From: an uncultured Verrucomicrobiota bacterium
GTDB taxonomy: Bacteria; Verrucomicrobiota; Verrucomicrobiia; Limisphaerales; JAYPEY01
Direction of reading: 5' to 3'
Assembly: GCA_964519245.1 (NCBI GenBank)
Contig: CAZFLK010000002.1
Span: forward strand, 45,077 to 109,076
DNA: 64,000 nucleotides
This document shows positions 47,908-56,326 of this stretch, one piece after another; the first letter of the stretch is position 1; the number at the start of each line of letters is the position of its first letter. The position numbers and the translations under genes were made by a program. A model generated the notes under the pieces. That model worked only from the letters and a program-made list of their open reading frames with translations, had not been told where the DNA came from and searched no databases.

Positions 47908-49401
47908 ATGGATCACCTTCACCCCGCTGACTGGCTCATCATTCTTGGTTACCTGATTGCTGTCATCTGGTTTGGCGTCGGTGTTGGTCGGGGGCAGAAG
48001 ACGACGCGCGACTATTTTCTCGGAAGCAAGAGCGTGCCCTGGTGGGGGGTGTCGCTTTCCATCGTCGCCACGGAAACCAGCGCCTTCACCTTCATCGCCA
48101 TTCCGGCGAGCGTTTACTTCACAAACCCCGAAACAGGCGCGCCGGGAAACCTGGCTTTCATCCAGGCTGTGATTGGGTTTGCGGTTGCGCGGATCCTGTT
48201 GGCGGTCTTCATGGTTCCGGCCTATCTTCGCGGGGAGATCTACTCTCCCTACCAATTGATCTCCAATGCGTTCGGGCACGGCGCGCGTCGAGCTGCGGCG
48301 GTGGTCTTTCTCATTGCCGGAACGTTGGCCGCGGGTGTGCGGGTCTATGTCACCGCCGTGCCCATCGAGCTGCTGCTCGGCATCGACACCATTTCCGCGA
48401 TCCTGCTGTTTGTCATTTTGTCGCTCAGCTACACCTACGTGGGCGGCATCAAGGCGGTCGTCTGGACGGATGCGGCGCAGTTCTTCCTGCTGGTTGCCGG
48501 CGGGGTGTTCGCGTTGTTCTTCATCCCGTCCCTGATCGACGGCGGCTGGAATGCGGCGCTGACGGAAGCGGCGGATAGCGGTCGGTTGGAATGGCTGAAC
48601 ACCCGTTTCTCCTGGTCCGGGCCGATCAACATCTGGATGGGCGTGATTGGCGGGGCCGTCCTTGGCATGGCGACCCATGGAGCCGACCAACTGATCGTTC
48701 AACGCGTGCTCACCTGCGGCTCCGTGAGGGACGGACGAAAGGCGTTGGTCTTGAGTTCGCTGATCATTCTTCCGCTGTTCCTCACCTTTTTGTTTGTGGG
48801 CGCCTGGCTGTGGGTCTACTACCAGCGCCATGACATGGCGATCGCCATGCCGGAGGCCAGTCGAGGTTTCAAGCAGCATATCTACGTCTTTCCCATCTTC
48901 ATTCTCAGTGTCATCCCCACCGGTGTGAAGGGGTTGTTGATCGTGGGCATTCTGGCGGCGGCCATGAGCTCGGTCAGCTCCGCCCTATCTGCGCTCGCCT
49001 CGGTCAGCACGATGGATCTCTTCAAGAGCTGGGATCGAAGGGAACGGAGCGAGGCGGACTACCTTCGCTTCAGCAAGAGATCGACGCTGTTCTGGGCTGT
49101 CGTTCTGGTTCTGGTGGCCTATCTCACCCGGGAAGTTCAATCCGTGCTGGATACGGCGTTTGCCCTGCATGGCCTGACAACGGGAGCCATGCTGGGGGCC
49201 ATGCTGCTCGCGCTGTGGTGGAAGCAGGGACGGTCGACGCCGGTGGTCGCCGGCATGGCGGTGTCGCTCCTGGTCATGCTGGCCATCAAGCTGAAGACCG
49301 CCATCGCCTGGCCCTGGTACACCCTGATCGGCGCCTCGGCTGCCTGCCTTGTCGCATGGCTGCTGAATGGGTTCCAAAACGGTAAAACAAAGACAAATTA
49401 A
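47908..49401 (+). CDS. sodium:solute symporter (SSF) family transporter
   Basis: MDHLHPADWLIILGYLIAVIWFGVGVGRGQKTTRDYFLGSKSVPWWGVSLSIVATETSAFTFIAIPASVY is a typical SSF N-terminus. The protein is 497 aa and hydrophobic throughout. Confidence 0.85.
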   Translation: MDHLHPADWLIILGYLIAVIWFGVGVGRGQKTTRDYFLGSKSVPWWGVSLSIVATETSAFTFIAIPASVYFTNPETGAPGNLAFIQAVIGFAVARILLAVFMVPAYLRGEIYSPYQLISNAFGHGARRAAAVVFLIAGTLAAGVRVYVTAVPIELLLGIDTISAILLFVILSLSYTYVGGIKAVVWTDAAQFFLLVAGGVFALFFIPSLIDGGWNAALTEAADSGRLEWLNTRFSWSGPINIWMGVIGGAVLGMATHGADQLIVQRVLTCGSVRDGRKALVLSSLIILPLFLTFLFVGAWLWVYYQRHDMAIAMPEASRGFKQHIYVFPIFILSVIPTGVKGLLIVGILAAAMSSVSSALSALASVSTMDLFKSWDRRERSEADYLRFSKRSTLFWAVVLVLVAYLTREVQSVLDTAFALHGLTTGAMLGAMLLALWWKQGRSTPVVAGMAVSLLVMLAIKLKTAIAWPWYTLIGASAACLVAWLLNGFQNGKTKTN

Positions 49402-49563
49402 TCGTTTTTGTCATCATTTCGGCGCCAAAAATTTTCCAATTTTCGGTGGACAGGGGTGGGTTGATATCGTATCCATTTCCTTGGCCTGAGTAACGGTACG
49501 TTTCTTCAGCGGGGTCCCCCACCCCCACCTCCTTGGCGTCTGTTGCTCAGGCCACTTTTTTCT

Positions 49564-50457
49564 TCAGAGGCTCAAATGCCCCAGCGCCAGCAACGCGTAG
49601 AAGGTGTATTCGCAGTCCAGATCTTCCTCCAGCCAATTGCCGTAGAAGGAGCCGTCATTCGTCCAAAGCGTGTCCAGGTAATCGAGGCAGGCCTCTTTGA
49701 CCGGAGTGAGCGGCGCGTCTATGGCGGCCAGGGCGTGCAGTGAGGTCGCTGTTGAGAGGAGGTCGGGAATGGGGGCGGTTGGCATGGCCCGGAAACCGCC
49801 TTGTTCGTGGGCCTGCCGCAGGAGCCATTCGCCCGCTTCAGGGCGGTTCTCGGCGGCCAGTTGTTTCAGGGTGACGATGGCGGCGGCGGTGGCGTTGGTG
49901 GATCCGGCCGCCGTCCTGGCATTGACGTCATTTGTCCAGGCTCCATCCGAAGTCTCCAACGAATGCAACGAGCGGATCAGGCCATCCGGGTCTGGCGCCT
50001 CGAGGCGTAGATCCTGGTGCGCATGCAGCGCAAGGAAGGCGCCGTAGGCGGTGCCGGTTCCGGCGGCGCGGTCCGGATTGAAGCCGCCGTCGGGACATTG
50101 AAACTCCCGGATGCGTTCCGAGAGACGCTGACGGGCGCTCAAGGGGAACGCATTCGGGTCCGGCATGGCGGACCATCCGCGGGCCAAACAACCCAGATGC
50201 ACGAAGTCCAATCCCTCGCCGTCTCCGAAACCCCGCAGGTAGGCCGCCAACCGTTCGTAGTCCGGCTCCGCACGGAGGGCGACCAGGGAGTCGATGGCGA
50301 AGACCGTGTAGTAAAGGTCCGTCTCACCGTTTCGGTCGGCGAAACCGCCATCCCGGTTCTGACGGCTGCGAACGAACGACTCGACCAGGCCCGTGGATTC
50401 TCCAAGCAATTTGGGCGCGAGTCGCGCGACCTGCAGCATCTCGAGGCGAAGGCTCAT
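49564..50457 (-). CDS. prenyltransferase/squalene-oxidase-repeat (alpha-alpha toroid) protein, stand-alone
   Basis: 297 aa with five spaced repeats of the prenyltransferase-beta / terpene-cyclase type: RQNRDGGFAD, FQCPDGGFNP, LETSDGAWTN, AHEQGGFRAM, LWTNDGSFYG. It starts 31 nt downstream of the polyprenyl synthase fusion gene. Confidence 0.7.
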   Translation of the reverse strand: MSLRLEMLQVARLAPKLLGESTGLVESFVRSRQNRDGGFADRNGETDLYYTVFAIDSLVALRAEPDYERLAAYLRGFGDGEGLDFVHLGCLARGWSAMPDPNAFPLSARQRLSERIREFQCPDGGFNPDRAAGTGTAYGAFLALHAHQDLRLEAPDPDGLIRSLHSLETSDGAWTNDVNARTAAGSTNATAAAIVTLKQLAAENRPEAGEWLLRQAHEQGGFRAMPTAPIPDLLSTATSLHALAAIDAPLTPVKEACLDYLDTLWTNDGSFYGNWLEEDLDCEYTFYALLALGHLSL

Positions 50458-50488
50458 GGTGGGAGCGGGCCTTCGGGCGCGGCGTCCG

Positions 50489-52219
50489 TCATTGGCCTGT
50501 GGCCGCGTCGTCGCTCTTCATGTCGGCGACGGCGCGTTGTTCCTGGAACTCGCCGCACCAGCCGGTGATCTCCGCGTCGTTGAAGATCTTGCCGATCACG
50601 CGCCGCAGAAGGCCCTTGAGATTGGGGTTCTCGACGTCCGCCAAGGAGTGGATCGCAGCCTCTTTGTAGCTTTCCAGCAGCGCGCGGGATTTCTCGTCGG
50701 CCTTCAGTTCCCGGTAGAGGGATTCGATCGTCTCCCGGTTGGCGCCGTTGATTGGAGCGCGTTTCCAAAGTGATTCGATGATCGGTTTCGCATCGCCTCG
50801 AGCCCTTTCCTGTGACACGGCGAGGAGGATGCTGGGGCGCAAGCCTTCGATATCCGTGGCTTCTTCATCGGCCCCCAGGTCGTCCAAGTCGTCCCGAATC
50901 TGGTATGCGATGCCCAAGGCCTCGCTGTATTTGCCGAGCACATCCGAGTATTCGGCGTGGCGTCCGGCGTAGATGGCGCCGAGTCTGAGGGCGACCTCGA
51001 AAGCGGGGGCGGTCTTGAGTCGGAAAATCTCGAGCACTTCCTTCACCTTCATCGGCTGGGGATCGCGCGTCCAGCAGAGCTCGGCGCCTTGTCCGCGGCA
51101 TAATTGCCGCTGTCCGTTGGTCGCCGCCAGCAGCATCTCGGCGCGTTGTTCGGTCGGGACCTCCGAATTGCCGATCAGGCGGTAGCCCTCGCCAATCAGT
51201 AGGTCGCCCACATTCAGAGCCACGGGCACGCCGTGTTCTTCGTGCAGCGTCTTCTCTCCGTAGCGCTCCGCGTCCTCGTCCTCGATGTCGTCATGGATCA
51301 GAGAGGCCTTGTGGAAGCATTCGACCGCAATGGCGATTCTCTTGAGATCCTCGGGCAGTTCGCCGCCGACGCTCTCCCGTGTGGCCTCGAAAGCGGCCAC
51401 GGTCAGGAATGGCCGCCAACGCTTGCCGGCCCGGCAGAGCCACTCCTGGGCAATGGCTTCGGTTTCCCCCTCGGGTGCGCCCATGATTTCCGCGAGGCTG
51501 TCCGGAGTGAACCAGGAATCCACTTCGTTGCGCAGCGCGGTAAGGTCCAGGCGGCGGGTTTTATCGTCGCTGGTCAAGTGGATGTAGTCCCAAATCCAGT
51601 CCTCATCGACGGTGGTGTCGATGCAATCGTCCTGGAGCAGGGGGACGGCGACGCCGGGGACGGCGCCCGCCTCCATGTAGGGGAAGGCGCGCTCGAGCAC
51701 CGAGATGCAACTGACGCCCACGATGGCGTCCACCTTGCCGGTCTGGATCAGCGCCATGACGACGGCCGAGCCCTCCGCGGTGAGCACGGCGTAGCCGAGC
51801 TTCTCCGCCGCTTCCTGGAATTCCTGAATGGTGCAGAGGCCGCATTGCTTGCAGAGCAGGCCGAACTCATCGAACGGCGCCGGGCAACGGCTTTCCACCC
51901 GGAGGCATTTTGGAAGCAGCAGCAATCGCCGTTCGAAAGGGATCGTGGCCAGGGTTTCCCGCCACATCTCGTTGTTGACGAGGACGCCGATGTAGTCACG
52001 GTAGATGGGGTCGCAGCCCAATTGCTCGATGATCCGGTCCGCGTGGACTTTCAAGTCCTCGAGCGGTTGCGGCGGCACCGGGTTGTGCTCGGCGACGTAG
52101 TTCCGGATGAACTTCAAGAGGGCATTCCGCTCTTCCTTGGTCTGTGGAATGTTCTTCTTCGGCGGCCGGATGCGCTGCGTCGGAACAGGACGTGGAATGG
52201 TAATGGGCGCCGTGGACAT
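50489..52219 (-). CDS. fusion protein: N-terminal DUF116 (Cys-rich) domain + C-terminal trans-polyprenyl diphosphate synthase
   Basis: The DUF116-like block is RRLLLLPKCLRVESRCPAPFDEFGLLCKQCGLCTIQEF...GKVDAIVGVSCISVLERA...PLLQDDCIDTTVDED. The synthase part has GKRWRP, a first Asp-rich motif ASLIHDDIEDEDAERYG (DDxxD, about 51278-51292) and a second motif YQIRDDLDDLG. Confidence 0.8.
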   Translation of the reverse strand: MSTAPITIPRPVPTQRIRPPKKNIPQTKEERNALLKFIRNYVAEHNPVPPQPLEDLKVHADRIIEQLGCDPIYRDYIGVLVNNEMWRETLATIPFERRLLLLPKCLRVESRCPAPFDEFGLLCKQCGLCTIQEFQEAAEKLGYAVLTAEGSAVVMALIQTGKVDAIVGVSCISVLERAFPYMEAGAVPGVAVPLLQDDCIDTTVDEDWIWDYIHLTSDDKTRRLDLTALRNEVDSWFTPDSLAEIMGAPEGETEAIAQEWLCRAGKRWRPFLTVAAFEATRESVGGELPEDLKRIAIAVECFHKASLIHDDIEDEDAERYGEKTLHEEHGVPVALNVGDLLIGEGYRLIGNSEVPTEQRAEMLLAATNGQRQLCRGQGAELCWTRDPQPMKVKEVLEIFRLKTAPAFEVALRLGAIYAGRHAEYSDVLGKYSEALGIAYQIRDDLDDLGADEEATDIEGLRPSILLAVSQERARGDAKPIIESLWKRAPINGANRETIESLYRELKADEKSRALLESYKEAAIHSLADVENPNLKGLLRRVIGKIFNDAEITGWCGEFQEQRAVADMKSDDAATGQ

Positions 52220-52424
52220 GGTTCTAGTTCTCTGATTAACCGTCGGACTTTGGAGACTGCTGTAGGAACTCGTTCATCGTCAAGCGTTTCACAATCAGTC
52301 AGAGCGCCGACGCAGACCGGAATAATTCGTGATTTCCCGTGCAAACAAGGGCTTATCACGACCATTCCACTCCGGGGCCCCGGGCCTGACGTCCGTGAAT
52401 CCAACGATTGGCCGGCTTAACCGA

Positions 52425-52949
52425 TCACCAAGGATTGTGCAGTTTATGCCAATTTCTGGCAAGTTTCTCAATCTGCGCCAGTTCCTTCTGCAACTGACGC
52501 AGGTTCACTTGAATTCCTTCAAAGGAATACCTCAGTGTGTCGGGGTCCAGGTTGCGGTGGAACTGGTCCTCCTTGAAACCGTCCAATGTTCCCTGCGGCA
52601 TCAGGTTGACCCCAACGAAGTCGCGATGCTCGGCGGAGGAGGCCCAATCGACCAACCGGTCGTCATAGTGCGCGGCCAGTTTCCTGAACTCGCCCAACGT
52701 CAAATCGAGATTGCCGGTCAGTCCCAGCGCCGAACGAAGTTGGGTTCCGCGTTCGGCTGATTCCGGATTGTCGGGCCACAGCAGTTGGGACAGGTTCACG
52801 GCGCGCGAGAGAAAGCCGTCCACGTAGAACAGGGCCAACTCCGGCTCATTGGCGGTCACCTTGGCTGGAATGGCGCTCCAGGCGTGCCGCGCCTGGCGGC
52901 AGTTCAGCAGGATTTCCTCGAGCAGCTTGAAAATGAGGGGATTGTCCAT
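52425..52949 (-). CDS. hypothetical cytoplasmic protein (174 aa), no recognised family
   Basis: The internal ATG at 52949 gives MDNPLIFKLLEEILLNCRQARHAWSAIP... with no TM and no signal peptide. GC is visibly lower than in the neighbours. The N-terminal extension in the track ORF is encoded by the palindromic repeat and was rejected. Confidence 0.5.
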   Translation of the reverse strand: MDNPLIFKLLEEILLNCRQARHAWSAIPAKVTANEPELALFYVDGFLSRAVNLSQLLWPDNPESAERGTQLRSALGLTGNLDLTLGEFRKLAAHYDDRLVDWASSAEHRDFVGVNLMPQGTLDGFKEDQFHRNLDPDTLRYSFEGIQVNLRQLQKELAQIEKLARNWHKLHNPW

Positions 52950-53110
52950 GGGGCGAAGATGCGTTGGTCGGAAGGCTCTGTAAAGTCGGGGCGCGGCCTG
53001 ACCCGGACGCCGGTGCATTATTACGCTGCTGCGGCAGGTCTCCGACACAGCCGCGCTCCGTTCAGGTCGCCGCATCCCGGATTCAACCGTGCCCAGAGTG
53101 TTCCCGCAAC

Positions 53111-53179
53111 GGAGCGCCGAGCATTGCTCGGCAGAACGCAATGCGTTTCAAAGCCATGCCGAGTAATGCTCGGCGCTCC
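53111..53179. repeat. REP-like nested palindrome pair (family core GAGCGCCGAGCAT[T/G]GCTCGGCA)
   Basis: 53111-53133 ggagcgccgagcattgctcggca matches the reverse complement of 53157-53179 at 22 of 23 positions. Each arm is itself a hairpin (gccgagca-t-tgctcggc). The 23-nt spacer holds a further small palindrome (aacgc-aat-gcgtt). Confidence 0.6.
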
Positions 53180-53232
53180 GAAGTTGCCTGGGCTTCCTGA
53201 GACGTCGTAAAGACGCTCCTCCAAAGCTCTGC

Positions 53233-54087
53233 TCACTTCTTCTGCGCGTCCAGGGCGGCCTGGGCCTTGGCGGCGGCTTCCTCAGCCTTCTTGGCGATCT
53301 CATCGGGTGAGGGCAGCGACATCAGCACCTCGGGGGGGATATCGCCCTCCTGGACCAGTTTGGTCAGGCACTTCTTGCGTTCGTTGAGCGCCTTGTCGGA
53401 GCTGCGCTCCTTGGAGAAGCGGGATTTCGCGCGTTCGCTGCGCTGGCGCAGCATGTCGTAGACATCGCCGCCCAGCAGCGAGGAGATGTCGACTTTCATC
53501 TTCTCGCGTTTCATGTCCGCGTCGCTGACCAGGTCGCCATTGATGGGGCCGGACTTGTACTTGGGGAACATGATCGCCGCCTCGGGGCACACACGGGAAC
53601 AGGCCGGACAGTTGGTCTTGCAATTGTCGTTGTTGCGGACCTCGATCTGTTGGTCGTCGTCGACGCCGTAGACATCAAACAGGCAGAAGCTCAGGCACTG
53701 CATACAGTTGGTGCAGCGGTCATAGTCGATGACGGGAAACCATGGCTTCCACTCGCCATGCTTCGAGGTCCGGGTTTCCTCGCGAAGGGCGTCGATGCGC
53801 TCGGCCAGATCCGCCGGCGCCTGGCCGTCGATGTTCTCGAATGTCACGCTGACCTCGCCAGAGGCGTCCTCGGCCTCGGGCGCCCGACCGTTGTCGAATC
53901 GGCCCAGGGCCACGATGGCGCTGCGGTCCGCCGGCGCCACGCGTCCGCCGGTTCCGGCGCGCGTCACGGTGTAGCCCTTGTCAAGCAACGCGGACAGGAT
54001 GTTGAAGCGCTCCTCGGCCGGGAGTTCCGTCGCGCCCTCGCCCTCGTAGAGAACGACGCGCAATGTGTTTTCTTCAAGCAGACTCAT
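53233..54087 (-). CDS. 2x[4Fe-4S] ferredoxin-domain protein with N-terminal unknown domain and Lys/Glu/Ala-rich tail
   Basis: The internal ATG at 54087 gives [18 protein letters not shown].... The cluster motifs are [11 protein letters not shown] (CxxCxxCxxxC) and [13 protein letters not shown] (CxxxCxxCxxxCP). The C-terminus is charged and helical (...[20 protein letters not shown]). Confidence 0.8.
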   Translation of the reverse strand: MSLLEENTLRVVLYEGEGATELPAEERFNILSALLDKGYTVTRAGTGGRVAPADRSAIVALGRFDNGRAPEAEDASGEVSVTFENIDGQAPADLAERIDALREETRTSKHGEWKPWFPVIDYDRCTNCMQCLSFCLFDVYGVDDDQQIEVRNNDNCKTNCPACSRVCPEAAIMFPKYKSGPINGDLVSDADMKREKMKVDISSLLGGDVYDMLRQRSERAKSRFSKERSSDKALNERKKCLTKLVQEGDIPPEVLMSLPSPDEIAKKAEEAAAKAQAALDAQKK

Positions 54088-54105
54088 GGGCGTGGTGCGT
54101 GATTG

Positions 54106-54167
54106 GAGCGCCGAGCATGGCTCGGCATCGTCTTGGTTACTGAGGGTCCTGCCGAGCCATGCTCGGC
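54106..54167. repeat. second REP-like palindrome pair of the same family
   Basis: gccgagcatggctcggc (54110-54126) and its exact reverse complement gccgagccatgctcggc (54151-54167) are separated by 24 nt. Each is a hairpin with a 7-bp stem and 3-nt loop. The flank gagc...a is shared with the 53111 copy. It overlaps the last codons of the 54137..54565 ORF. Confidence 0.6.
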
Positions 54168-54565
54168 GGGCCGTCCGATTCACTTGCCGGCGCGTCGGTT
54201 GCCCGGGGTTTTCCTTCGGGAATATTGGGGTTCAGTTCCTGGGAAAGCAATGCCGACGAAACCTCCTCGGCCGCCTCGACGCGCATGTTGAGGACTTCGG
54301 TGGCGTCCTTCACCAGCGGCGCGCCTGCGGCGGAGAACAGCCACTTGACCGCGCGCGGGTAGCAGGCGGCGATCTTGACCGCGCCGCCTTCGGTCAGTCG
54401 CTTCAATCCCGGATCCTTTCGCGCCGACATCTCGCACAGATCCGCGACCGCGTCGAAGGCGGCGCCGGAGTCGCAGAGCCTTCGCAGCACGGCCTCCTTA
54501 ACGTCGGGCGGCACGATCTTGGCGTAGGCGCAGTTGCAGTAGAGAATGCGGGGTTGTTCGGACAT
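54137..54565 (-). CDS. small Cys-containing cytoplasmic protein, unknown family
   Basis: ATG start 18 nt after the GTPase stop: [46 protein letters not shown]...IAACYP. It has five Cys, including CxC. The last 10 or so codons are supplied by the REP element, so the true C-terminus is uncertain. Confidence 0.5.
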   Translation of the reverse strand: MSEQPRILYCNCAYAKIVPPDVKEAVLRRLCDSGAAFDAVADLCEMSARKDPGLKRLTEGGAVKIAACYPRAVKWLFSAAGAPLVKDATEVLNMRVEAAEEVSSALLSQELNPNIPEGKPRATDAPASESDGPPSMARQDPQ

Positions 54566-54583
54566 GGGTCTGCCAATTCGAGA

Positions 54584-55726
54584 TCAAGCCGCCGGATCGG
54601 CGATGCGATGCGTGGGTTCCGGCTTGCCGGGGCGGAAGTGTTCGGTGTGCTCGATCCGGGCCGTCAGCCCGGGAAAGCGCTCCTGCAGGGCGGCGAGTCC
54701 CTGAGTGACCGCCTCACTCAGCGTATCCGGCTCCGCCTCGGCGCGCATGTTGATGATCAGTTGGCCCGATTTCACGGTGTCGTCCAGTTCCTGGGAAAGT
54801 TCGGCGACGTAGTCGTTGCGGACGAGGTTGACCACGGCGATGTCGCCGAGGCCGCCGTCCGGACTGAAGGTCATTTTCAAGTGGGCGATTTCGGCGTCTT
54901 GTCCGGCCAGGCGCGACTGCATGCTCTTGCAGAGGGCGCGCAACGCCTTGTTGGCGTCGAATTCGGTTTTCGAGGAAAGTTGCACGGTGCAGTTGAGCCA
55001 GCCCAGCAGGGCTTCGCCCTCCGCGTAGACCTCGTAGTCGACGTCCATGGCGACCCGGGCCTCCTGTTCCGCGTCCCACAGATGCGCGAACCAGTTGTTG
55101 AGCCCCTTCTCCTCGCGGGCGGACACCTCGAATATTCGGGCGTTGGGATAGTGCTCGTTGAGGCAGTTTCCCAGCATGGCGATGTCGCATTCCTCGAGAA
55201 TGTCGCACTTGTTGATGACGATGACATCCGCCTCCTCGAGTTGCTTCTTGTAGATGTATCGGACTTTCTCGGAGAAGCGGCCTCCTTCGTTCAGGCCGAA
55301 TACGCGGGCCGCGCGGACGGGATCCACCACCACGCTCAGCGGCGCAATCTTGAAATCCTCGCCATACATCCGACGCAGGGGGTAGGTCACGGTCGCGACC
55401 AGGTCCGTGCAACTGCCGACGGGCTCGGCGATGAACACATCCGGTCGGGTCGCGTCATTCAATTTGGCGGCGGCGTCGACCAGCGAGTTGAACCGACAGC
55501 AGAAACAGCCGCCGGAAATCTCCTCGGTCGGGAATCCGCGGGAGCGCAGCATGGCGGTGTCGACCAGTTCATTGCCCTGATCGTTGGTGATCAGACCGAC
55601 CTTCAAACCCTGGTCGCTCAACAGCTGAGCCATCTTGGCGATTGAGGTCGTTTTTCCCGCGCCCAGGAAGCCGCCAATCATGATGTAGCGGGCCTTGGTG
55701 GCGTGTTGGTCGTCTGTTTCGATCAT
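54584..55726 (-). CDS. G3E-family P-loop GTPase, COG0523/CobW-like metallochaperone type
   Basis: Walker A is IMIGGFLGAGKTT. A CxCC metal motif lies in ISGGCFCCRF. Walker B-like is FIAEPVGSCTD and NKxD is VIVINKCD. The C-terminal domain is divergent. Confidence 0.85.
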   Translation of the reverse strand: MIETDDQHATKARYIMIGGFLGAGKTTSIAKMAQLLSDQGLKVGLITNDQGNELVDTAMLRSRGFPTEEISGGCFCCRFNSLVDAAAKLNDATRPDVFIAEPVGSCTDLVATVTYPLRRMYGEDFKIAPLSVVVDPVRAARVFGLNEGGRFSEKVRYIYKKQLEEADVIVINKCDILEECDIAMLGNCLNEHYPNARIFEVSAREEKGLNNWFAHLWDAEQEARVAMDVDYEVYAEGEALLGWLNCTVQLSSKTEFDANKALRALCKSMQSRLAGQDAEIAHLKMTFSPDGGLGDIAVVNLVRNDYVAELSQELDDTVKSGQLIINMRAEAEPDTLSEAVTQGLAALQERFPGLTARIEHTEHFRPGKPEPTHRIADPAA

Positions 55727-55729
55727 GGC

Positions 55730-55761
<32 letters not shown>

Positions 55762-55830
55762 CGTGTGTTGATTTTTGGGTAGAGAGTTTAGGTCAATTGA
55801 TATCCGGATCGTTCAGCCTGTTGCCGCGCC

Positions 55831-56313
55831 TCAATCAATCTCATCCGCGCGCTGGTTCTCCAGAATCTTGTCGATGGTCTTGTCCAAGACGGCGGCATAG
55901 GCGTCGACATTCATGCGCTTGTCATCCGGTTCTCCGGTCGCCTCATACAGCCAGCCGGTGTTGTAGGGGTCCTTGTCGATCGCGTTGAGCTTCTTCTCCA
56001 GCGCTGGATTGGTTCCCGTGAACGAGCCGTCGATGACACAGTAGATGTCCGAGATGGCCTTGAATCCCTCGATCCAGCCAATGATCTGGCCGGTTTTGAC
56101 CGCGGCTTTCGGTTGTTCCTCAAAGCCGAAATCGACGAGTTCGCCCAGCATGCGGGTGGCAAACTTGGTCAAACCGACGCGCCAGAGGCCGGTGTCATCC
56201 CGACGCTCGAGCCAGCAGTGTGACGGCGTGTAGAGGAAGTCCGTCGGCAGCCGCGTCACGAAATGCGAGCGGCGGTAGTGCAGGGTTTCGCGATTGGTTG
56301 GTTTGTCGGCCAT
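55831..56313 (-). CDS. glycine-cleavage H-protein-like (lipoyl-carrier fold) protein
   Basis: YTPSHCWLERRDDTGLWRVGLTKFATRMLGELVDFGF...GQIIGWIEGFKAISDIYCVIDG has the GcvH layout with the lipoyl-Lys position conserved (EGFKAISD against the canonical ESVKAASD). The ATG at 56313 was chosen; the track start 56361 is a TTG overlapping fabD. Confidence 0.75.
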   Translation of the reverse strand: MADKPTNRETLHYRRSHFVTRLPTDFLYTPSHCWLERRDDTGLWRVGLTKFATRMLGELVDFGFEEQPKAAVKTGQIIGWIEGFKAISDIYCVIDGSFTGTNPALEKKLNAIDKDPYNTGWLYEATGEPDDKRMNVDAYAAVLDKTIDKILENQRADEID

Positions 56314-56326
56314 GCCGGAGAGGAGA

